A stretch of DNA of 39,866 bases. Origin: an uncultured Gammaproteobacteria bacterium (GTDB lineage: Bacteria; Patescibacteriota; Microgenomatia; UBA12405). Location: the NCBI GenBank assembly GCA_964516555.1, contig CAZFAI010000002.1:1-39866 (forward strand). Direction: 5' to 3'. The position numbers and the translations under genes were made by a program. The notes beneath the pieces are model-generated. The model was given only the letters and a program-made list of their open reading frames with translations, ran no database searches and was not told the DNA's origin. Below are positions 18,240-26,711 of the stretch, one piece after another (the first letter of the stretch is position 1; each line of letters opens with the position of its first letter).

Positions 18240-18935
18240 TTATTGCTTGGGTGTCGGGGTTGGAGTGGGAGAGCTTACTTGAAATATTTTTGAGGCGTAA
18301 AAGGTTTTAGCCATGGATGGATGAGGTATGATGATGCAAATCATGCGCTGTCCGGTTTGGATGTCGGTTGAAGTTAACTTTTTGTTATTTTTGTCAACAA
18401 AAATAGTTTTGGTGTCGGTGGTAATTTGATATTGCTGGTCTTTGTTTTGATTGGGAATCAGGACAAAAACCGGTGAAGAAACTGAGGCGTCGACTACATT
18501 GCCGACAACAACTTGTTCGGGTGATTCCAGAGTTTTTATATCAATGAATACTATTCTTTTGGTATCCAGAAGGGTAGGTTCAGTCATGTAACCCATGGCT
18601 AAAACATCCTGTCCAGTAGTAAGTTTGTCGAGTTGAGTTTTATTTCTTTTGGTATCAATGAAGGTAGTTTCGCTGTCAACAATTAGGGTTAAGCTTTGTG
18701 AGTTGTGAGTAATTTGAATTTGGTTATCGGTGATTTGAGTGACGGTTCCAATGAATCCTTTGCGGGTAGATTCAGGATTGGTAATGTCCTTAATTTTTTC
18801 CATTACTTTATCCTGTACGGCTTGGCGGATTTTTTGAACTTCCTCAAGATTGGACGGTTTGGGAGTAGGAGTGTTAGCGTAGACGGGAGAAACAAAATTT
18901 AGAGTTATTAATAGGGTTATGAGTGAAAATATCAT
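18240..18935 (-). CDS. Secreted hypothetical protein
   Basis: Signal peptide MIFSLITLLITLNFVSPVYA. Repeated beta-rich segments. Pro/Thr C-terminus (PTPTPTPKQ). Confidence 0.55.
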   Translation of the reverse strand: MIFSLITLLITLNFVSPVYANTPTPKPSNLEEVQKIRQAVQDKVMEKIKDITNPESTRKGFIGTVTQITDNQIQITHNSQSLTLIVDSETTFIDTKRNKTQLDKLTTGQDVLAMGYMTEPTLLDTKRIVFIDIKTLESPEQVVVGNVVDASVSSPVFVLIPNQNKDQQYQITTDTKTIFVDKNNKKLTSTDIQTGQRMICIIIPHPSMAKTFYASKIFQVSSPTPTPTPKQ

Positions 18936-18938
18936 AAG

Positions 18939-19406
18939 TTAGAATTGAGCTGTTGAATAAGTAACCATTAATTGGGTTTCAAGTTGGTTATCTTGTGTGT
19001 CGATAGAAGTAATTTTTATTGAATTGACACCGGATTCGATGTTGACTTGAGTTTCAAATTTTCCGGATTTATCGCTGGTGGTGCTGTAGTCTCCCAGGGG
19101 AGTCAGAATAATCACCATGCTGTCAGGAGTAGTAGAACCAGAAATTTTGATTTTTGAGGTGTCTACAACGGAATTATTGGCTGGAGTGTCAATGGTGATT
19201 GGTGACTTTGTTTCCAGATCGGTTGTCGATGAGGTTTCGACTGTTTCAGTGGCTTCTTCACTGTTATCTTCCGTTAGGGTAGGAAGGGGTGTGGGTGAGT
19301 TTTTGGTAGAGAGATTATTATTATTTTTTAGGGCAAAGTAGCCTCCGGTGACTCCAAAACCGAGGAGGGCGCCAAGAGTGATTGCTAGAAATAGTTCTTT
19401 AATCAT
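18939..19406 (-). CDS. Membrane-anchored hypothetical protein with an Ig-like extracellular domain
   Basis: Start set at ATG 19406 (MIKELFLAITLGALLGFGVTGGYF, TM helix), because the longer ORF overlaps the divergent neighbour. The segment ITIDTPANNSVVDTSKIKISGST...SGKFETQVNIESGVNSIKI looks like a bacterial Ig domain. Confidence 0.5.
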   Translation of the reverse strand: MIKELFLAITLGALLGFGVTGGYFALKNNNNLSTKNSPTPLPTLTEDNSEEATETVETSSTTDLETKSPITIDTPANNSVVDTSKIKISGSTTPDSMVIILTPLGDYSTTSDKSGKFETQVNIESGVNSIKITSIDTQDNQLETQLMVTYSTAQF

Positions 19407-19467
19407 ACTTTTTTGTTTTGATAAATGATAACACATGATTGTTTGAAGTGATGTTAGAATTACATAT

Positions 19468-20049
19468 ATGGAAATCAGGAGAATTGGTAAACACGCTCTT
19501 TGGATAAAGGGCAAAAAGGAAAATATTTTTGTAAATCCTACTGAGGATAATTTAAAGTTAAAAAAATATCAACCGACAAGAATTATTATAGTTACCGGGA
19601 GTGAGCATGATAATTTTGGTTTGGGAAATGATGAGGTGATTCTAAGGGGACCCGGAGAGTATGAGGTGGGTGGTGTTGAGATGTTGGGGGTGAATGGAGC
19701 AGAGGATTATTTTTATGTGATAAACATTGATGGAGTTAAGGTGGGTTTAATGGGGGATATGAAAGACGTGTTATCGGATAAAAAAATTGAAAAAATAAAT
19801 GCCTTAGATGTTTTGGTTATTCCAATCAAGTCTAATGATAAGGTGGGAACTAAAATAAAAATGGAGTGGGCAAAAAAATGGGGGGCTAATTACGTAATTC
19901 CGGTGGGATACGAAGATAGCGATGAAGAATTTAAGACTTTTCTTGACGATGTCGATCGGGAAGATGCAGAAAAGGCTGAGTCTCTTAAGGTTGAAAAAGT
20001 TGAGGAGCTGCCTGAAGGGATGGAGGTAGTAATCCTAAAAATTCAATAA
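19468..20049 (+). CDS. Hypothetical protein, possibly a degenerate MBL-fold (UPF0173-like) protein
   Basis: IRRIGKHALWIKGKKENIFVNP resembles the N-terminus of MBL-fold hydrolases, but no HxHxDH motif is present (VTGSEHDNF). Weak call. Confidence 0.4.
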   Translation: MEIRRIGKHALWIKGKKENIFVNPTEDNLKLKKYQPTRIIIVTGSEHDNFGLGNDEVILRGPGEYEVGGVEMLGVNGAEDYFYVINIDGVKVGLMGDMKDVLSDKKIEKINALDVLVIPIKSNDKVGTKIKMEWAKKWGANYVIPVGYEDSDEEFKTFLDDVDREDAEKAESLKVEKVEELPEGMEVVILKIQ

Positions 20050-20054
20050 ATTTT

Positions 20055-21365
20055 ATGAGCGATTTTATAAAAGTACCGCCAAGCTCGGAAGAAGCTGAGC
20101 TTTGTGTGTTGGGATCAATTTTAATTGATAATGATGCGATATTGAATGTATCGGAGTTTTTGAGACCGGAAAACTTTTATAACACTAATAATGGATCTGT
20201 TTTTGAGGCGATGATGAAGCTTTATGAGAACAGATTTCCAATCGATATTGTGACAGTTTCGGAGAAATTGAAAGAGCTTAAGCAACTAAAGAGAATTGGA
20301 GGCCGGGCTTTTTTGACTAAATTGGCTAACGAAGTGCCGACAGCTGCAAATGTGGAGAGTTATGGGAGAATAATCAAATCGTTATCTGCCAAAAGAGAAT
20401 TAATTACAGCTGCAGCAAAAATTGGGGAGATGGCATTTGATGACGGGATGGCTTCAGAAGAACTTTTGGATGCAGCTGAGCAGTCGATATTTTCCTTGTC
20501 GCAGAAGCATTTGAAATCCGTGCCGTCTTCTATCAAAGAAGTACTGACAGCCAGTTTTGACCGCTTGGATGAATTGCAGAAGATGGGAAACGGCTTAAGA
20601 GGTGTTCCTTCGGGTTTTAAGGGTTTGGATACTTTGCTGGCTGGGATGCAAAACAGCAACTTAATAATTTTGGCGGCCAGACCTGGCGTGGGAAAAACAG
20701 CTTTTGGATTGAATATTGCCAGGCATGTAGCAGTCGAGGAAAAGCTGCCAACCTGCATATTTTCTTTGGAAATGAGTAAAGAGGAATTGGTAGACAGGTT
20801 GTTGGTGAGGCAGGGCTTGATTGACGCATGGAAATTAAAGACCGGTCAATTATCTGAGCATGACTTTGGTTCTTTGTCAGAGGCCATGGGAATATTGGCA
20901 GAAGCTCCGCTTTATATAGACGATACTCCCGGTATGACAGTCACTGAACTAAGAACTAAAGCTAGAAGACTACAGGCAGATAAAGGGATTAAGCTTATTA
21001 TTGTTGATTATTTACAGCTAATGCACGGATCGACGAGGGATAATCGTGTTCAGGAAGTATCAGAAATTTCTCAGGGTTTGAAAAACTTAGCAAGAGAATT
21101 GGGTGTTCCCGTTTTGGCAGCGGCCCAGTTATCGAGGGCGATGGAGGCAAGGGGCGGTAAGCCAAGATTATCGGATTTAAGGGAGTCAGGAAGTATTGAG
21201 CAGGATGCAGATGTAGTTATGTTTTTGCACCGTGAGAACGAGGAAGTGAGAGAGATGGTGACTTGTAGCATAGAAAAGCACAGAAACGGTCCGACCGGAC
21301 AACTAAACTTGTTTTTTAACGGAAAACAAGTCAGCTTTTTTGATGTGGAACAAAAGGCAGAATAG
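20055..21365 (+). CDS. dnaB: Replicative DNA helicase DnaB
   Basis: PPSSEEAELCVLGSIL, Walker A ARPGVGKTAF, LIIVDYLQLM, SGSIEQDADVV. Confidence 0.95.
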   Translation: MSDFIKVPPSSEEAELCVLGSILIDNDAILNVSEFLRPENFYNTNNGSVFEAMMKLYENRFPIDIVTVSEKLKELKQLKRIGGRAFLTKLANEVPTAANVESYGRIIKSLSAKRELITAAAKIGEMAFDDGMASEELLDAAEQSIFSLSQKHLKSVPSSIKEVLTASFDRLDELQKMGNGLRGVPSGFKGLDTLLAGMQNSNLIILAARPGVGKTAFGLNIARHVAVEEKLPTCIFSLEMSKEELVDRLLVRQGLIDAWKLKTGQLSEHDFGSLSEAMGILAEAPLYIDDTPGMTVTELRTKARRLQADKGIKLIIVDYLQLMHGSTRDNRVQEVSEISQGLKNLARELGVPVLAAAQLSRAMEARGGKPRLSDLRESGSIEQDADVVMFLHRENEEVREMVTCSIEKHRNGPTGQLNLFFNGKQVSFFDVEQKAE

Positions 21366-21400
21366 GGTAGAATTTGATATACTAGATAAGTTTTTTTGTA

Positions 21401-21484
21401 GCCGAAGTGGCGGAATTGGTAGACGCGCACGACTCAAAATCGTGTGGCAGCAATGTCATCTGGGTTCGATTCCCAGCTTCGGCA
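21401..21484 (+). tRNA. tRNA-Leu: tRNA-Leu (anticodon CAA), long variable arm
   Basis: Hand-folded: acceptor GCCGAAG/CTTCGGC plus A73, anticodon stem CACGA/TCGTG, loop CTCAAAA, T arm CTGGG-TTCGATT-CCCAG. Confidence 0.9.
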
Positions 21485-21523
21485 CATATAAATAAAGCCC
21501 GGCATATTATAGAATATAAGTAG

Positions 21524-22210
21524 ATGCAAATCGGAATATTAAAAGCTATCGGATTATTGGTATTTTTATATCTAACTTGGAGAAACTCCAGGGATAATTA
21601 TGGTGACGAGAAGATGATTAGTTACTCGTGGTTAAGTCTTGGGGCTTTTTTGTTTGGAGGACGTCTAATTTATGGATTACTTAATTGGGGGGTATGGAAC
21701 GATTCGATAATAAGTTGGTTTCTTTTTTGGCAGAAGCCAGGTTTAAGTTATACCGGTGCATATTTGTCATGGGTTTTGGTATCCGCACTGTTTGCCCAAA
21801 AAAATGAGTGGAAGGTTTGGTCTTTTATGGAAGAATCTATTGGCAACTTTTGGATATTTTTAGTGTTTGTCATGTTGGATGAGATTTTTAGGTCAGGGTT
21901 TAATACTTTGGTGATTTTTGTTTTGGCGGTGTTAATAATTGTTGGCATTTTATCCCTAATTATTGGAAAGAAGTATAGGTCATTTGTTTGGTATAAAAGC
22001 GGTAAAAAAGGATTTTTGTTCTTTTTTGTTAATATTTTGTTTTGGTTAATTCTGGGAGTGAGAGCTTTAATCTTTAAAGATGGAGTAATTGTTGGCAGCT
22101 TATATGTAATTCTTAGTTTGATTTCTTTGACAGGATTAGTTATGCTTGGAGAAGTTTTTAATCAACAAACTTTATTGTTTGCAGGAAGAAGGAGAAAAAA
22201 TGAAAGATGA
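21524..22210 (+). CDS. Polytopic membrane protein; faint resemblance to the N-terminal half of Lgt
   Basis: Multiple TM helices. GGRLIYGLLNW and W-x-KPGLSYTGAY loosely parallel the Lgt segments GGRIGYVLFYNF and VWDGGMSFHGG. Lgt catalytic residues were not recognised. Confidence 0.5.
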   Translation: MQIGILKAIGLLVFLYLTWRNSRDNYGDEKMISYSWLSLGAFLFGGRLIYGLLNWGVWNDSIISWFLFWQKPGLSYTGAYLSWVLVSALFAQKNEWKVWSFMEESIGNFWIFLVFVMLDEIFRSGFNTLVIFVLAVLIIVGILSLIIGKKYRSFVWYKSGKKGFLFFFVNILFWLILGVRALIFKDGVIVGSLYVILSLISLTGLVMLGEVFNQQTLLFAGRRRKNER

Positions 22211-22580
22211 AAGACAAAATGGAAATTTGACATTTCCCAGCCGCCTTATTAATCCGATTAAAAAATTTTTGGAAGATGAAATTGTTAGGTTGAAGAGAAG
22301 GCTAAAAGGGATAAAGGCTAGTGATCCGTTTACTGATCACAACAGAGATGGTGAAAATTCCCTGGAAGAGGACGTGGACGAGCAAATTGGGCATTTTGAT
22401 GCTGAAGTTAAGGTTAATTTTATAAATAAACAGATAGTTCAATTACGAAAGGCCCTGACAAGAATTAAACTGGGCAAATACGGGACATGTGAAAAGTGCG
22501 GGAAGATGATTGATACTGACAGACTGGCTGCTAAGCCGGACGCCATTATTTGTATTGATTGTGAAAAAGAACAAGAATAA
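22200..22580 (+). CDS. DksA/TraR family C4 zinc-finger protein
   Basis: CEKCGKMIDTDRLAAKPDAIICIDCEKE. Start chosen at ATG 22200, behind AGGAGAAAAA. Confidence 0.8.
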   Translation: MKDERQNGNLTFPSRLINPIKKFLEDEIVRLKRRLKGIKASDPFTDHNRDGENSLEEDVDEQIGHFDAEVKVNFINKQIVQLRKALTRIKLGKYGTCEKCGKMIDTDRLAAKPDAIICIDCEKEQE

Positions 22581-22950
22581 GAATGGAATATGGTGGAGGT
22601 GGTTGGCAGTTGCAATTTTAGGTTTTTGCGCTCATGAGTTGAGTGTGGTGATATTTGGATTAAAAGTGGCTAATAGCGGTGTCAGTTTTGGGTGGTTTGT
22701 GAATGGTTTGTGGCTAGTGCTGACAGTATTTGTGTTCTATTTTCTTATTTTTCGAAGTAATGAAGGTTTGGGATTCTGGATTATACTAATAGGGGGCGGA
22801 ATCAACCTTGTTGACAGGTTAAGGTTTGGGTATGTCAGGGATTATTGGCAATTACCGATGACTTCTTTGTATAACAATGTTAATGATTGGCTTATTGGGA
22901 TGGGAACTGTTATTTTTATTTATAGCTTATGGAAAAAGAGATTGGAATAG
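22561..22950 (+). CDS. lspA: Lipoprotein signal peptidase II
   Basis: NSGVSFGW, GGGINLVDRLRFGYVRDY, NNVNDWLIG. The start is uncertain: the ORF opens at 22510, and GTG 22561 minimises the overlap with the upstream gene. Confidence 0.75.
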   Translation: MKKNKNKNGIWWRWLAVAILGFCAHELSVVIFGLKVANSGVSFGWFVNGLWLVLTVFVFYFLIFRSNEGLGFWIILIGGGINLVDRLRFGYVRDYWQLPMTSLYNNVNDWLIGMGTVIFIYSLWKKRLE

Positions 22951-23609
22951 TTTATCAGGATCAATATTTGATGGTGGTAAGCAAGCCGAATGGGATGACG
23001 AGCACCAACGAAGGTAGGTTAGATGGTGTAAATAGTTTGGAAAATTGGGCAAAAATAGTTGCAGGAATTGAACTTGACAGGGGAGGAGTGGTTCATCGTC
23101 TGGACAAAGATACATCAGGACTGGTATTAGTTGCCAAAGAGGCAGAGGTTTTATTGAAGTTGAAGGAAATTTTTAAAAATCGAATGGTTGATAAGAGATA
23201 TATAGCTTTGGCGTCGGGGGATTTGCCCGAATCTGGGCTTATTAACGTACCAACCGGACGTTCAAAATATAGTTTCAAAAAATTTGGAGTCAGACCGGAT
23301 GGAAAAAAATCCATGACTGAATTTAAAATTATTGATAAATACAGGATTGAATGGAAAATATATAGTTTAGTTGAATTATTGTTAATGACGGGTAGGACTC
23401 ATCAAATTAGAGTTCATATGGCTTATATGGGTTGGCCGCTTGCAGGAGACAGGACTTATGGTGGCAGAGAGGTGTTGGGATTAAAAAGGCAATTTTTACA
23501 CGCTTATAAACTTGGCTTTAAACATCCAGTAACTCAAGAAGTGTTGGAGTTTGTTTCAGATTTACCAAATGAGTTAAAAGAAATTTTAGACAAAAGTGAA
23601 AAAGTATAA
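22929..23609 (+). CDS. RluA-family pseudouridine synthase (no S4 domain)
   Basis: HRLDKDTSGLVLVAK, GRTHQIRVHMAY. The lspA-rlu order is conserved. Confidence 0.9.
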   Translation: MEKEIGIVYQDQYLMVVSKPNGMTSTNEGRLDGVNSLENWAKIVAGIELDRGGVVHRLDKDTSGLVLVAKEAEVLLKLKEIFKNRMVDKRYIALASGDLPESGLINVPTGRSKYSFKKFGVRPDGKKSMTEFKIIDKYRIEWKIYSLVELLLMTGRTHQIRVHMAYMGWPLAGDRTYGGREVLGLKRQFLHAYKLGFKHPVTQEVLEFVSDLPNELKEILDKSEKV

Positions 23610-24444
23610 ATACACTTTACAAATAATAATTATGGGATTATTAATTGTGGCGGGTTTGGCATGGTTTGGATTGATAAAAAACAAGTCCTGGGATGGGAAA
23701 AGTGATTTGAAGTTGGCTATAATTGGTCGGGAAAGTATTGGAATGGTCTCAATTTCACCTGACAGAAAGATGATTAACATTATGAAGATAGACGGCGGGA
23801 TACCCTTGTGGCTACCTATGGGTTTAAGTTGGTACCAGACTGATAAAGTCAGCCGGTTGTTAGATTTAGAGGAGAACAAAGGGGAGTTGTCGGAATTGAT
23901 GATGTTTTATAATTTTGGGTTTACGGCGGATAAGGTTTTTTATTTGAATGATGTGGACAGGTGGAGGGATAATAAGTTGTTTATAGGGGAATTTGGTTTA
24001 ATAAATTGGCTAAAGTTTCGTCAAATGAGTAGCGATATGATATATAAAGAAGAAATAATTGACAAAAATCTTAGCGAAGCAATGATAATGTTGGATGAAG
24101 TAATGATGAGGGATTTTGCTGACGGTAGGGTTCTGACAAGCGATTTGAGAATAAATGTGATAAACACCAGTGATGAAAGTGGTTTGGCAAACTTTTTGGG
24201 AACAAAATTGGAATGGGCTGGTTATTCGGTAGTGGGAGTGGAAAGCGGTGAGGAGAACGTTGAAAGTTGTTTATTGACTACAAGTAGAGAATATGAGGAT
24301 GATTATTCTATTCATTTGCTAACCAAATTATTCTCTTGTGAAGTAGTGTTGGACGATCAGGAGGGACAGCAGGAAGTTGAGTTATATTTTGGAGGAAAGT
24401 TTGCTGAAATGATAAAATATTCAAGCTATGTCAGGACATTCTAA
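23596..24444 (+). CDS. Membrane-anchored protein with a C-terminal LytR_C-like domain
   Basis: N-terminal TM helix. INVINTSDESGLANFLGTKLEWAGYSVVGV resembles the LytR C-terminal domain. GTG start, or ATG at 23632. Confidence 0.55.
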   Translation: MKKYKYTLQIIIMGLLIVAGLAWFGLIKNKSWDGKSDLKLAIIGRESIGMVSISPDRKMINIMKIDGGIPLWLPMGLSWYQTDKVSRLLDLEENKGELSELMMFYNFGFTADKVFYLNDVDRWRDNKLFIGEFGLINWLKFRQMSSDMIYKEEIIDKNLSEAMIMLDEVMMRDFADGRVLTSDLRINVINTSDESGLANFLGTKLEWAGYSVVGVESGEENVESCLLTTSREYEDDYSIHLLTKLFSCEVVLDDQEGQQEVELYFGGKFAEMIKYSSYVRTF

Positions 24445-25141
24445 ATGGGCCAATATTAAAGAAAGAAAGGGTTCGCAGGATAAAAAAAGAAGCGAGTCTT
24501 TCACCCGGATGGCAAAAAATATTATTACTGCCGTCAGGATTGGAGGCGGAGTGACCAATCCGGAACTTAACACATATTTAAGAAGTGCTATTGATAAGGC
24601 TAAAGAAGTGAACATGCCGAAAGAAAACATACAAAGATTGCTAGATAGTTTTGAGGCCAGAAGGGCACAATTAACAAGCTATATACTCGAAGGCTATGGT
24701 CCTTTTGGGGTGCCTTTGGTGATTGAGACGGAAACGGATAACAAAAACAGAACATTGTCTGAGATCAAGTCATTGTTAAAAACTTATGGCGGAAGCTTGG
24801 GTGAAACTAATTCAGTATTGTATCAATTTGAGAAAAAAGGAGAAGTAGAATTTGATGATGTTAGTGAAGATGACCAATTAATGATGATTGATATTGGGGC
24901 GTTGGATTTTGAGGACAATACTGTAATGGTTGATCCTAATAATACAAAGGACTTTGTGGATAGAGTAGAGAAAGAAGGTAAAAACGTAGTTCGGTCAGAA
25001 GTAGTACTCAGGTCAACTATGCCGGTGGTGTTAAAAAATGAAGCTGAGCTAAACAAAATCATGGACTTGATTGTTGATTTGGAGGAAAATGAAGATGTGA
25101 TTAATGTTTATGCTGGTTTTGATTATGAACAAAAGAATTAA
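24428..25141 (+). CDS. yebC: YebC/PmpR family DNA-binding regulator
   Basis: MSGHSKWANIKERKGSQDKKRS... Confidence 0.9.
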   Translation: MSGHSKWANIKERKGSQDKKRSESFTRMAKNIITAVRIGGGVTNPELNTYLRSAIDKAKEVNMPKENIQRLLDSFEARRAQLTSYILEGYGPFGVPLVIETETDNKNRTLSEIKSLLKTYGGSLGETNSVLYQFEKKGEVEFDDVSEDDQLMMIDIGALDFEDNTVMVDPNNTKDFVDRVEKEGKNVVRSEVVLRSTMPVVLKNEAELNKIMDLIVDLEENEDVINVYAGFDYEQKN

Positions 25142-25910
25142 GTATATCTTATCGTCGTTAGTATCGGCGTTTGGGTTTTTTCTTTTAATTACATTGCCCT
25201 ATGAATCCCATTATTACGGTTTAGCTGCGGGAGCGTTGTTGATAATGGTATGTTTTTGGTTTGGCTTGGGGATAATATTTGACAAGGATTGGTTTAATAA
25301 AATGATGTCGGTTATTTTGCCGGTAAGTTTTTTTATTGGGGCGGGTTTGTTTGTAGCATTGTTACCGCTTGATTTTTTGGGCTCTTTTATTTTGAGCGCA
25401 ATTTTTGGAGTAGTTTGTTATTTTATATTTTTAGTAGAAAACGTGTTTTTGGTAGCAATCGGTTACAAGACGGTACCTCTTTACAGAGCGGCTTATACAG
25501 TAAGTTTAATCATATTACTATTAAGTTCTTTTTTATTGTTTAACAGTATTTATTCTTTTCGATTTAATTATGGAATCAATATGCTGTTGGTTTTTTTGGT
25601 AGCAATATTAGTGTTCTTATATCAATTTTGGGCGATTGCCATAGAATTACCTGATGACGGGAAGGGAAAGAATATTTCAATATACGTATTAGTACCTTCA
25701 CTTTTAATTACTCAGTTGGCACTAGTGTTTTCATTTTGGCCGGTTGGTATATTTAAGGGGTCAATTTATTTGGTTTCAGCGATATATGTATTAAGTGGAC
25801 TGCTACAAGCAGATATTAGAGAAAGGCTATTTAAGAGGACTTGGTTATCCAGTATTTGGGTGGGCGTGGCAATCTTGTTGGGAATAGTAATGATGACAGG
25901 TTGGAAATAA
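25104..25910 (+). CDS. Polytopic membrane protein, unknown function
   Basis: About 7-8 hydrophobic helices. The start is ambiguous (ATG 25104, 25110 or 25125). Confidence 0.55.
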   Translation: MFMLVLIMNKRIKYILSSLVSAFGFFLLITLPYESHYYGLAAGALLIMVCFWFGLGIIFDKDWFNKMMSVILPVSFFIGAGLFVALLPLDFLGSFILSAIFGVVCYFIFLVENVFLVAIGYKTVPLYRAAYTVSLIILLLSSFLLFNSIYSFRFNYGINMLLVFLVAILVFLYQFWAIAIELPDDGKGKNISIYVLVPSLLITQLALVFSFWPVGIFKGSIYLVSAIYVLSGLLQADIRERLFKRTWLSSIWVGVAILLGIVMMTGWK

Positions 25911-25945
25911 AAATATACCTAAGGATAGGCTAAATATTAATTATT

Positions 25946-26422
25946 GGTAGGGGAGAGTGGGTAAGGCTTTCCCCAGTTTTAGCTAGTTGTCTGACAATTT
26001 AAAAAGTAGTTAGTTTGGATTTGGCTGGTGTTAATAGAAGCAGAGGCTAATTCAAATTCGGTAAAAATTAGCAGTCGTGGAGGTAGAGTGGGGAAGTGGC
26101 CTATAATATTATTAACCTATAATATATTATTTTCACACTAATAGTAATAATTTTCACAAATATATTGATATACAATGATATAGTTTGTGTGGAAAACTAT
26201 AAATAACGCGAATATATCAAGAGAGTGCTTGATTGTAACCAGAGTAGAGGTGGAGTTATAAGGAAATAAGCAAGCAATTAATTAATTATTGATAAATATT
26301 GTATGGATAATGAAGGAGAATAATTATAGTATCCCCGAGTGGTAGGAGAGCTCTTTTAAGAAGTCGCACAATGTATGTTTTACGACTATAAAGCCGTGAT
26401 AAGGGAGGGGAGGTGCGATTGG
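25946..26422 (+). repeat. Irregular array of five degenerate purine-rich motifs (GGTAG-R-AG-GTGGG-AAGG-like)
   Basis: Copies at 25946-25966, 26079-26099, 26239-26263, 26336-26351 and 26398-26422. They are GC-rich islands in AT-rich noncoding DNA. Confidence 0.4.
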
Positions 26423-26711
26423 TTAATTTTTATAATTATTTAAAAATTTTGTTTTTTATTTCTTTAAAATAAAAGTATCGATATTTTATTTTGATCATTT
26501 TGTCCTCCGACGACGGCTTACTACTTATTTTTTGTCTAGCCTTAAATTTGATTATTGACTCCCCTTTAGGTAAATTTCGGAGAGTGAGTATAAAATAAGC
26601 CTAAAAATAGGTAAAATAAGGCTAAGACGTCACCAGAGCCCCTGTAACAAAAGATTTTTAAAATCATGATAACTAATTCGTTAATATTTCGAAATAGTGT
26701 TAAGATTTATT

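Noticed and set aside
25911-26711. A possible CRISPR array, or a standard structured RNA (RNase P RNA, tmRNA, SRP RNA), in the 800-bp gap.
   Set aside because: The repeated motifs are degenerate and irregularly spaced (about 133, 160, 97 and 62 nt), unlike CRISPR repeats. By eye I found no GAGGAAAGUCC/ACAGAA..GGCUUA RNase P signature, although GACGACGGCTTAC at 26509 is a faint echo. I also found no tRNA-like GGTTCGAATCC...CCA end for tmRNA and no SRP GGAAGCAGCC-type motif. A covariance-model scan is still needed to exclude other ncRNAs.
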